Origin: Orbicella franksi
Taxonomy: Eukaryota
Reading direction: 5' to 3'
NCBI GenBank assembly: GCA_964199315.1
Contig: OZ116698.1
Span: 23,002,001 to 23,066,000, forward strand
DNA length: 64,000 nt
This document shows, in pieces, positions 1 through 11,800 of the stretch; positions within the stretch are counted from its first letter, which is position 1; every line of letters begins with the position of its first letter. The notes under the pieces were generated by a model. The model was given only the letters and a program-made list of their open reading frames with translations, made no database searches and was not told where the DNA came from. The translations under genes and the position numbers were made by a program.

Positions 1-314
1 TGCTGATTCGTTCCCAGTCATACTACGCGCTGTGTGAAGGCGACTGGGGACGAGTCAGGGTTGCATGTGTGTATATATAAATATTTAAGATAGTGCGCGG
101 ACTGTCATTGGTCGATAGGTGTGATTAGATGAGAGTGCGTAAACACGATTTTGACAAGAAATATTTTTTAAAAGCAAACACTCGGGAGGTTGGGAGAATT
201 CTAGAATGTTATAGAAACCCTCGACTACGACTTTGCATAACTGTGTCGAATTCTCCCAACCCCCCTAGTGTTTAGATGAGGCTATGTAAACAGTGAAAAA
301 GTGTTCTTTTGCTC

Positions 315-552
315 AAAGGAGCTCAGTCACTGCATTTTGAATTATTTTGGCCCGTACAAAAGTACCCATATAGTGAAGGAAACTCAAAAATAATAGTTTA
401 CTACGAGAGAAAAATACCGAAAAGATAATAATAAGCCATAAAGGAACAAGGATGGTTATGGATGGAGAAGATTAACACGGATTACAAACGACGAACTCGA
501 AAAAATTTAGACTAAATTTTTCAAAATGCGCAAACCGTGACGTAGCTCCTTA
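315..552. mobile_element. Degenerate MITE
   Basis: Imperfect TIRs AAAGGAGCTCAGTCAC / GTGACGTAGCTCCTTAA. Confidence 0.5.
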
Positions 553-1046
553 AACTTTGGTGGAGTTAAGCCACTGGAGGAACCATGGCAACAGAAATTA
601 CATGCAAGAATACGTTCGATCGTTCAATTCCTCGTAACAGGACATTCCGTTCTTTGTTTGTTCCGAGAATTTGGTAGCACATCAAAACGAGATCCTTAGT
701 TGACGATTTTCCTTCCTTCGGATCACATAACATTGAATGGAGAATTTAAATGTATACGAACCTGTCACGGAGACAAGTTCATTGAACTTAAACCAAACAC
801 TGAAGCCTATAGAAACTTATTTTATTGTAGAAACATAAACGAATGGAACTTACTGGCTAGCAATGTTTTAGATATAACAAAAACTTCATTATTTAAAACA
901 GCTCTTTGTTTATATTAAGGTCTTTATCTCCCTCCCCTCTTTTTACTTTTGATGTCTTGCAGTGATGGGCGTCTCACTTCGTAGAACTCGCTATGTAGAT
1001 GTAGATAAGTTTAGAGCTTAGATTCTCCCTCTCTATATATTTAGCA

Positions 1047-1358
1047 TTAGTATCACCCAACTAGTGGACTAATGCAAATCCTGCATTTTAATTGGCTATG
1101 CTACTAGAGGACTATTAGTAATAGTCCTCGAGTAGCGAGATTGGCGCAATCGAGCGTGACGCTTTGTTTCGTTTTATTCCTAAATAAATATTTCTTCAAC
1201 TTGCATTTGCCAACTTTATTATTACCTTTTCTGTCCGACTAGTTGGGTGATACTAAACCAATTAGACCCTTCGCCCTCAAGGGCCACTGGTCAATAGCCC
1301 ATGAGGCGAAGCCTCATGGGCTATTGACCCGTAGCTCTTGCGGGCTACGGGTCTAATT
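1047..1358. mobile_element. Non-autonomous element with nested inverted repeats (Crypton-like architecture)
   Basis: A perfect 19-bp inverted repeat (1047-1065 / 1238-1256) is followed by a nested palindrome AATTAGACCC...GGTCAATAGCCCCATGAGGC-GAA-GCCTCATGGGCTATTGACC...GGGTCTAATT. The class assignment is inference. Confidence 0.55.
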
Positions 1359-1887
1359 GTTAATTATCTCTGGTCTTTAGTTTGTTTTGGCCTCGTGTCA
1401 CGTTCAGGTTGCGCTGCGATGATCTCGGACTTGTGATGTGTTTGTCGGAAAGACGGCATTTGTTTTGTTCTCAGTGATACACTTTTGCATTTCTTTCAGT
1501 CCAAAGAGACGCTTAACATCAAGCTACAGAAAACAGGGAAAACAACTTGGACAAGATTTTTCTAAATTACTCGATCAAGGACTGTGACAGCTAAGGGAAA
1601 GACCATGTCTCTCCGTTCAGCAGCCCATTTAGTCAGCGTGGTCTTACAACTGTAGAGAGCTACGAGGCAACCATAACACTTTCTCCTGACATCTCAATGT
1701 ACATAGTGATAATTTCTGTAAAGATTTGCTGCTAGGTTTTCTTGATCTATTCATTATGTCTCTTACGTGCCCTGATTTAGTCGTCAAGCGTAAAAAAAGG
1801 TTTTGATTCCGAGAGGTTTTTTTTCAAGAGTAAACGTATTTATTTGTACTCTAGATTCTGGAAATTATGTTCTCGCTAAACTATCCA

Positions 1888-2108
1888 GGGGCTCGTTTTG
1901 CGAAGGTCCCGAAAAGTTTTTGCACCCGGAAAGCCGTAAAAAAATCTCAAACCTTATGATTACAGAGCTGTTTTATTTACATATTCTTAATATGAAGAGA
2001 GGTTCTCTTCATACAAGAAGTTTCAGGCGTATTTACTTCTCTGTTTGTAGATATAGATTAACTAACAATGCCTTTGCGGGCCCGAAAAGTTTCTGGGGCT
2101 TTCGAGAA
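1888..2108. mobile_element. Degenerate MITE (GGGGCTCGTTTTGCGAAGGTCCCGAAA termini)
   Basis: The left end GGGGCTCGTTTTGCGAAGGTCCCGAAAAGT and the right end CCCGAAAAGTTTCTGGGGCTTTCGAGAA are imperfectly inverted. Confidence 0.5.
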
Positions 2109-3529
2109 TAATTCAAATTTAGCTTTTACAGAGGTGAACAATTTAGCTTTTTATAGTTCAGTACTTAACCTTATTTCAACTAAAAACTGAGCAGTTTGCC
2201 TTAAAGTTTGTCGGAAAAATTGCAACACCAACCAAGGTTAGTTGTCTCGGCTCTCGGACAACCGTGGTCACATGAACGGACGAGCATTCTTGCATACAGA
2301 GGGAATTTGCGTACCTTCCTGCTTGAACGCCAGGGACGTTATGGTATACTCCACCCCCAACACAGTAAAGCGTTTCTTTAAGTTTTAGTTTCTTTGTTCA
2401 TCAGGATGTTGGAACTTAATATATCTTTAAAAATAGAGCTCTTGTTTGAAAATACGTGTAAGGTGTGTTAACTTATTTTCGTACAAAATAAAGAGTTGTC
2501 CCCAGTCGTTGTGCCTTTTTGTTCTGGTGCAGTATGGTTTGAAATATTCGAGTGGGAAATTCCCTGTTATACACACGGGGGGACGGTCCCGGAAAAATGG
2601 GGGTGGGGACATTAAAGGTCGTACCACAGAATGGGACATATTCCCATGGACTTGTTCCCCTCAAAGTTTGATTGCTTCTTGATACGTATTGATCTTGAGA
2701 CAATTCCTGGCAATAAGAATAAAAAATAAACACTAGAAAGAATCACAGCTCCCCAACCCCAGAACCTAATTTGTTCCGACCGTCAAGTACTTCGGTCAGT
2801 TTGGGAAATAAATTCTTGTTGGAAGGACGAAATATCCTTTGCAGTTTAAAGTGGTTCGACGGTCTGACTCGAGAGAAAAGGTCCTGGAGTAACTTGAATA
2901 TAAATGTGACTGGGTACTCGTAATAAAGGTAGCCCAACATGATCCTAGTATGGCAAGTATTATAACAACGAGAGATTTGCTCTTGTGTCCAACCTCTTGC
3001 GAAGACACTAAGCTCCTTTACCGGCCAATCTATATTTCCCTTGTCCACAGAGATTAAACAAAATTTCAACGCCACTTCCAGTTGTCATGGCCTCGACATT
3101 TGTCGGAGTTTTGAAGAGAAAGGACTCCTGTAAGAAAACGTTATAATACGAGGAGTGGTCACTGAAATTATATGAACCGACTGACTACGTGGCAAGTTCT
3201 TAAAATGTCTATGTATACGCGATGTAAAAAGCTTGACTTTTCGGTGACTTAACTTTTGGCTTGATACTGGGGGACTTCGGAAATTTGTTACGCGGCATTT
3301 TTGGGGTGGACTGCGCGTGCGGTGTTTTCGATCTCTGGGATGTCCCGCGTTTAAACTCTAGAAGTAATATATCAAACACGAAAGACCGTGTTTTACCACA
3401 ATTCCAAAAAGGCCTCGACGTTGGGCGAAAATACTCCGCTGCTGTGCGCCGTATTTTCAACTGTCTTCTCGGTTTTTGGAAATGTAGTCAAACGGTCTTC
3501 CGTGTTTGATATATCGCTTCTTAATCGAA

Positions 3530-3685
3530 AATAAAACTGAGGAGAAAACGGAGAAATAAAATCGTAAAAATCTATGCTGATTAAGATCAGATTTCCAAAC
3601 ACCGTCACGGTCATGATTTCCTTCCTTTAAACTTGATGAGTTATTCATGAGTTTGAAAAAAAAAAGGATTCGTCCCCATTTCACG
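3530..3685. repeat. Interspersed repeat, second copy at about 45725-45850
   Basis: The two copies share AAAATCTATGCT.ATTAAGAT...CACC.TCAC.GTCATGATTTCC...TTTAAA...GATGA.TTATT.ATGAGTTTGAAAA. Confidence 0.75.
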
Positions 3686-5843
3686 ACCCCTTAGTAAGAC
3701 AGGCCATGTTGTTTGCCATGTGTACGTCCTCGACTAATCAGAACGTGTTTCTTAATTAGTACTACACAAAACCAAGATAGTAGCCACGTTACGATTGGTT
3801 GAAAACTGTAACCTTAGATGAGTGGAATCGGTGAACAAGCTGTCTCAAAAGAAGACAATATTTTGCCCCCCCCCCCCCCCCCGGTACTGACAGGTAGGAA
3901 AAAACTAAGACCAGTGAACGTCTTCTTGTGAGCAATTTTGGCTTGAAACCTGTGATTTGACAGGCCCGTACAGCTCATTCAATAAATTTTCTCGTTCTTC
4001 CAAGCTTTATTTACATTATTTAATCTGTTGAAACTGGTCATTCCAGAAATGATCAACAATCACTTTCACAATCAGGTTAGGTCATCCCCGTAGCGCCGGC
4101 TGGCGCAAACGGCGGTCCTCCAGGTTTGGCGATCGGAAACGGCATTAAAGGTAGCCACTACGACTGTTTGTGATGGTTTCTCGGAGCCTCTGACTTTTGT
4201 GACTGTCAAAAGCGTTACTTTCACAATAGCCAATACATTTTGAGTGACGAGGATTTACCTTCTCTTCCCTCCACCGCAACTAAAATGATAACAACCTTTT
4301 CCCCGGGGCTTAGTTGCATAGTTTTTACCGGTCGTTTAAGGGAGAGGGGCTTTTACCTTGCTAATAGCAGATTTGCACGATGTCGTCATTTGCCTACAAC
4401 TATCAGAATTCCTTTTATTTTTTCTTTGTTATTTTAATTTTGAATTCCCAGGGGGGTTTAAAGAACAATTGCCCTTATGAACATAAGAAACGGAAAAAGT
4501 GAAGGATTCTGGTAGTTGTAGTCAAATGACGCCATCATGCAAATTGCCTATTCCATAGTGATCAACACTCTATTCTCCCTGACAAAATGAATGAGTAGGA
4601 AGGTAAACACAAGGCAGAAATCGTCAACATGGGGTGATTACTTTCAGTGATAAATGACCAAATTCTCAGTAGGAGTCTAAATAAAAATATGCAATTGATC
4701 AGGGAGAATTCAAATTTCGAGCGTGGGACAAGAATGGTGGAATCAGGGGAAGAACAACTAAATTGCAAACTCACAACGCAGGACTTGTTTTTTATTTCTT
4801 TACTGTTGGACTTTCGTGTTTTCGAAAAAGTCGTCCTCTACAATACAATATGTTCAAACACTGATTTTCTCTCTACGGTGTCATTTTATAAATAAGAAAG
4901 GTTTGTATACACAGAAATAATTATATAATTAGAAGTTATTTGCATTGTGTAAGTTACAAACCTCAAGACATACAATTAAAACAAATGCTCTACAAGTCGC
5001 GAGAATCACAACGCTTGTTTCCACTTGAAAAGAGTCTTTCCCGCTCTCATTCTTGTCCACAATATCGTAACAAGCTCGTGTATTTCTCGTCATGTGAGAA
5101 AAGTACAAGGTGCATATTAATTAGTTTGCTTCTGGCCGAGGTTTCTCAGGAAACAGTCGGGGGAATAAGCACCACTACGGCTGAGCCTGCGTTTTTCGTT
5201 CGAGACGTTGCTAAGCAATATGACGTCATACTGACGTACGCATGCTTTTGTGAGCAGTATAACCTGGCCACTACATTAGCAACTTGGTAAAAGGCTGTCG
5301 CCTCATTAGTCTTATTTGATTGAATTCAGCGAAGAGGCTCCTATTCCCCGGACTTATTCGGATAGAATTACAGGGGAGAATCTTGCTGGGGGAGGTGAAA
5401 AATTCAGTCATTTTTCATACAATTCAGTTCTTTAAAAGTTCTCATAAATATGTACACTGTCAAGCAAAACCTATCCAATGAAAGGCTAAAAACGCTGTTG
5501 TTCCTACGAGTGAGCAACTAGAAGAAAGCCTTCGATTCTCTATTTCCAAGTGAAACGTTTAAGCATCGCGTGAATAGAGATCTAAGCCATGACTCACAGT
5601 AGCCACAAGCGATGTCAAAGTGTGTCGGTGATGATTTGTTGTCTTTGAATTATTGTAGAAAGTGGTAAGCTACCCTTTGTTACTTCTGGTGTAATCATTC
5701 ATAGCTGCTTTCCCAGCACCGTATCCGACACGGCCAATGAAAAAATAAAAATCCAACCGACTAATTGCACATTTTAAAAATCCGTGACGCCCTTTGAACA
5801 TAATCCATAATAATTTATTCCTGATTAGTGACGTCATTACGCC

Positions 5844-8800
5844 TCACTTGCAAGTATGTTCGATCCACTCTTTTTTGCACCAATCACACTTGACGTGACA
5901 ACACCAGATAAAAGTACAGTTACATTTGACGTCATCCACCTTGTTAGCAGTGTTATATCCCCGGCCGCAGCACAACTGGCGACAACCGTCCGTGCCTTCC
6001 GATGTCTTATTGCACGTTCTTCCTACCGTACCCAGAATTCCATACCTGTCGTCGGCTTTGCAAAAGTCCGGTGAGTTGACGGCGTAGACGAGACTTGAAG
6101 GCGACGGTCGACGGTTGTTCGTGTTCCTCTTTCGTCCTCGTCGTCCGCGAGAAAGTCTCGTGAGCTTGGTTTTGCTTCTGTTTAGTTTAACCTTCAGCGC
6201 GCTATCGAACCTTCGTCGTAGTTCGGAGGCAACTTGCGCCATCTTCGGCATGGTTTTCCAACACACTCGGATAGTACACGAGCCAGAGACACCGTGACAT
6301 TTGCAACTCTTGCCCATATTGTCTTTTATAGCCTAAAACAAGGAAATAAAAAATAACATAATCAAACAAGTCCAAGAGTCTTTATCCTCTATAAACATGT
6401 GTAACAAACACAAACCAACCACTGAAACAATGCAGTCTTAGGCAGGTCAAACGTCGAACTTCACATAAGACGAACTAAACTGCAATTTGAGTCGATCCAA
6501 ACGGTTAAACCTCGACCGTTGGGTCAAACGTCGATCTTAATTCGAATTTAGTTCGACCAACACGTTCTATCCGTCTGCTTCTAAATTCAGTCGGAAGAAC
6601 TCAGTCGAGTCAAACGTCGAACTTATCCCGAACTTAATTCGCTCAGTTTAGCTCCTCTCATGTGAAGTTCGACGTTTGACCTACGCCTTAGAGAGGAATG
6701 GCCTGTTTACATTTGTCGGCCGTCTTCGGTTACTTCCTTCAAGAAAAATCAGGGAAAGGGATAGACGACAGGAGGGGGAGGAAATACACAGGCTACAAAA
6801 CTAATCCCATCTGTTTGTCGTAGCACACGCGCTCTACGTGCACAAGACCATTCTCATCCCCAGAGCCCGCCGGTCCTTGTCATGTCCAAGGGGATCGCAG
6901 AGTCTGGTGACGAGAATGGCACAAGATGTGACGAAGGGGCTGTTTGAATAATTGGTCATCCTTGATTTGATTCACAGCATAGTTGTCGTTTGGAAGATCT
7001 CTCAGATTCTTTCTATCTTTTGAGAGTTCCTCGAAAGAGACAGGTTAACATTTGGGCGACTGGAGGTCCTAAATCAACATTGGTATAACAAAATCTGTGA
7101 GATCAGATCGACATGTACGGTTTGGTAGATGGAGTTATTGTACTGGCCTGTTGTCAAAAGCCTTGGCCCTTAGGCTTGACTTACCATTTGATTAATTAAA
7201 TCTAATATCGAGAAAGATACCAAACAAACCCAAAACAAACATATTTATCACAAAAACATGTTTGATGCTAATGGAAAAATGTTACCCTTCGGCGCTAAAA
7301 CCATTTTACTTCAGGATCACTGATTTTAGTAAACAATAAATCAAACAGAGTAAATTATCCCAAACACTATCATCGTCCAATTTTGTCCAACAAAATCAGT
7401 ACAGTGTTATACATGTACACACTGAAGACGAAAGAGATAAAACCAACAACTAAATGACATCAAAAGAAACGTAAAGCAATCAAGAACTATGATTAAATTG
7501 TCGACCTTGAACTGGTTCAAATTCGTCTCTTCTAGAGAATAGATTAGGCGTTCACCACAGGGGGTAAAACTGCGATTTACTGCAATTGTTTCAAAAGGTC
7601 ATTCCATCTTAATTAAATTTTGAAACTCGAATTCTCTTCGTCAAAACATGGATTACAGCCTGAGGGGGCTGGGCAAGGTGGCGGCTATCAAGATTAGCAT
7701 ACAGCCCCATAGCTATTTAACAAAACGAAAATTTGGTTCAAATTGGATGAAGTATGATTTGAGAATTTCCTCGATTTGCAACATAAAATAATCAATGAGC
7801 TTAGATGAACATTTCACTTCTAGTTCCAATAATTTAACGATATAAGGAACACAGTTGTGTAAATGTTCATGCTTATAAAGTTTGACAAAAACACACATTG
7901 TCAAAGACACCCGCTGAGGTTAATTCCAAAGCAAACATTCTAATAACGAATTTGTGATAAGCTTGTTCGTCTAAACATATAAGGCGGGCTTGTCTTTGAC
8001 AGATAATCGATTGCGTCGGTGCAAATTCAGATTTTGGAATGTTAGTCTGTTAAGACTGTTGAAAAGAGTGCAGTAAGCCGTGTCGTCCGGGCCTTCAAGT
8101 AGAAGGCATTTTTTACAACGACTTGACGCATTTTTGCACGTGCGATTGCTGTGTTTGATCTGATTGGCTGAGAAGTTTGGACAAGAAACAAAGCATCATC
8201 GACTCTCTGATGAAGTGTTAACAGTTGGGAGCTGAAAATATCTAGAAAATCTCAACGTGCTTCGAAAAAAAGTAGATTTAAAACCATCTTACGGCAGTTT
8301 AAAATGCTCTAATCCGTTAATAATGTAAAGGAATGCTTTTAAGACTAAAGAAGATTATGTTTGATGAGCTGCAAGATGGATAAGAATATACGATGGTTAT
8401 TTCAAGATGTTCTTTGAATAATCTCCTCCAAGGATTAAGGACTATTAAGGGATAGGAAACTCGACTATTGCCGCTTTGATACCGAGATAATTCTTCCGAA
8501 ACTTCCATGATCTCCTGTTTAAGCTTCGTATCGATGACTTTGAAAGATAGTTTCATTTACTTTCCGTGTTGATAAACAGCTTTATTCACACGTAGTAAAT
8601 GATTGTTGAAACATACGCTCATTTGCTAAGCTTGCATGTTAAGAAAATTATCTCTCGTTACACCTAATGCCCGCCTATCGCATACCGATATATTTTAGAG
8701 TTCCCTATGCTAATTGTCGTACATGTTCATGCCATCCAATTTTGATAATTTGGTGTTAAATCGAAAAAACATTTCTAAAAGGAAAAAATTATTTCCTTGT

Positions 8801-11800
8801 TTAGCTCGTAAATAAATAAAATCATGAATTTCATTACTCGATTCAAACTCATGAATTTCATTACTCCATTCAATCTGCCCAGTTTTAGCCATCCACGTTG
8901 CTTTGTGCCTTCTTATCAACACTTCGGTGCTTTACTACCTTAATGAGCTGTTGTTTTCCCTGAATTTGAGGTCAGTTTACGGGAAAATGGGTCACTGTCC
9001 CTTCTGCAATTTGCTCTTTTATCTACAAAATCGTCACAAACGGAAAATCTAATTTTAATCTCTGGCGAAGAAAACTCCCTGCTGATAAAATAAATACCAA
9101 AATATCCGGAACATAATGAACACTTTATCGCCCAGAAGTTCTGCTTTGAGATAATATTATTTCCTTTGTCATTTATTACACAAGCAAAACCCGCAGGAAT
9201 TTTCATTACGTTTACAAGGAAAGATCAAAAATAAATCCTACACCTTTCGAATGAAAATTCTTAAAGGAAGGGCGTGTAATGGGTCTCCATCACGTTTTAT
9301 CGCGAACCACCGAAAACAAAGTTCAGAAAGCGGTTATGAGGTAAACGAAGGAAACCCACGAAGCTGGCGGAGTTTCCGCGCGGGAGTCAGTTTGCGCGCG
9401 CGACAGTCACGAACCGGACAAAAGGTCAAACCATCACTTCTTGTTCAAATTTGTTTCGATTTTTGTCAGACGGAAGCCGCAAAATTCGCAATTTAAGACC
9501 CACGCAACGGAGCAGACATCTGAAAATAATATAAAAGTCATTAAATATAGCTTGGAAGTTTGCGAACAACCGCATGTCGAGGGATTTACATAACTGATGT
9601 TCAAAAATTTAGATTGCCATTAAATTGCGGGATGACTGGTCTAGTGTATTTTCAAGCCATCAACATTGCGGGTTTTTTGTTTGCTTTTTTGCCGAGGAAA
9701 GGCAGAGTTTTAATGGGAAACTAGAGCTATTCCTTTCATAATTACAAACATAGTTTCACGCACATGAATTGACATGATGAAGGAGAATAATGCATCTTTA
9801 ATACGTTGAAATTATTTTCTGTAAGTTGTTTTAAATATTCATTTAAATGCCATGCTGAATTTTTTTTAGTTTTATAAAGTGGAAAAACTTGGAAAGCCTC
9901 AGAGAAGCGAAATAAAGTCAGAGACGAAGCGAAATTTTAGGCTACTCATCGAGTGGTGTTTGTATGTAAAGTGAATTTTTGGGTCATTGCTGGAGTTGGT
10001 TGACCGGCCGACTCGTGGTATCGTATCAGTCTCATGTCTACATACGTCTAAAACCGATTGCAACGAGGGCACTAGGTTAGATGTTCGAACTTCCTGGTTC
10101 AAGAAAGTGCTGTCTCAAATGACATATGGAAAAATACTGAAGAGACTTTTCAATGTTTATACTCTCTAAGATTCAAAAGACTCAAAACTTAGAGCCGCAT
10201 CGCACGACGCGTTTGTTTTTCTCGGGGTGAAAGGGTTAAAAGGCATAATAAACTTGAAATTAGTATTTTTATTTGCAACGTTTTGAGAAGATTATACTTA
10301 AGATTATCGCGTCAAATACTATAACAAAGAAAGATGAGACTAAGGCAGCAACCCCCTGGTTATAGAAAAACACAGTTTTACGAACTCTTAGTAAATTATA
10401 CTGAAGTAGAAATTGAAGCGACTTTTTAGGAACTTCTAGTATCTACAACATTATCGCAAAATTTCCAAGGAATCTGAACTTATCACCCATTTCTCTCTTC
10501 GTCATCGCCAATGAGCTGAACTTCCTATAATGGTTTCCGGTGATTTGTCGAGTACTGCTCTTGAAAATTAAGCCTCGATTATTATTGATTCACGTACGGT
10601 TTTAAGCTTTGTCAAGATCCGCTAAAAATAGATGGCCGCGTCTCTAAGCAGATTGAAAGTGTTTATCCGCGACTTTACAAACAACCTGTATAAAAAGGAT
10701 GCCTTTGTTTGACGAGGTTACGATGCAAGTTTGTTTGTCAGGAAGCAGCGTCATGTATGGTATTTTTAATCTAAAAACCTTTAATTGCTCTACTCAGAAT
10801 ACAGAATATAAGATAAGGAAGCAGACAATATTTGTGGATTTAACGAGCACGTTCCCATTCATGAAAGCTGGCCTTGAATTCCACAAGAGATTTTCCTACG
10901 AAACATTAGTTAAGCTTCATCGAATCAAATAAGCATCGATCAGGTTATAATTTTCTAAGCCAAGGAATAAGAAAAAAACACGAGAACATTGAAAATCGAT
11001 CTGAAATACTTGCCCCTCGTTGGTGTCCAAAAGTCGAAAGCGACAAACCGCAAAACTGTTAGGTAGAACTCCTTCGGAAAATACAAAGGAATTATATCCA
11101 TTCTTCGAAAAAAATGCCGCGCCGAAAACTCAACGATCCACTACAGATTAAATTTCTAAACAGCGGTTTATAGGGCGAGGACAGTGGGGAAAATCTTGGT
11201 TGGGAAAAATAAAAGGAAACCGTAACAACGGAAAATACACATGTCCTGTCTGTAAACACCGAGCGACGACGCCCAAGTAACGCGCGCAACGAACACAGCG
11301 CTTCATACTTCATAAGGAAACATTTGAGATGCCGTCAGATCCGTAATTGTGGGTTTTGCGGTAATTAACTCGCAACAGTGAGGCTTTAACCCCTTCGTTT
11401 CCAAATCTCATGCCGTCGTTTCAGTTTGCTACAAGTTATCCATTTTTATACACATGCGCACTTTGGTAGACAGTTCATGTTCACATCCTACATGTGACAC
11501 AATTTTCCATTTTCTTGTGCGTCAGTCGGTCAATGGCTAAAAACTAACAAAAGGGACATCACCGTTCTTGATAGCCATTTTCCCCTTATTTCGCCAAAAA
11601 ACAGTGTCTAACTGCTGACCCGCAAGAGCGACTAATTATTGCTTCGTTCTTTCTAACAGTATCTGCTTGCCTGCCCCCTTGTGCGTTTGTCAAGCCGTTT
11701 TCACAATTATTCATCACATCCAATCCGCTTTATTTTCAACCCCAATCTTAATCGCTGCAATCCACATCATGTTCTCAAGCGGTTTGGCAGTTTGTTAGCC

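Noticed and set aside
585-660. EGF-like peptide (NGMSCYEELNDRTYSCM) on the minus strand
   Set aside because: It is flanked by stops, the cysteine pattern is incomplete and there are no supporting splice sites.
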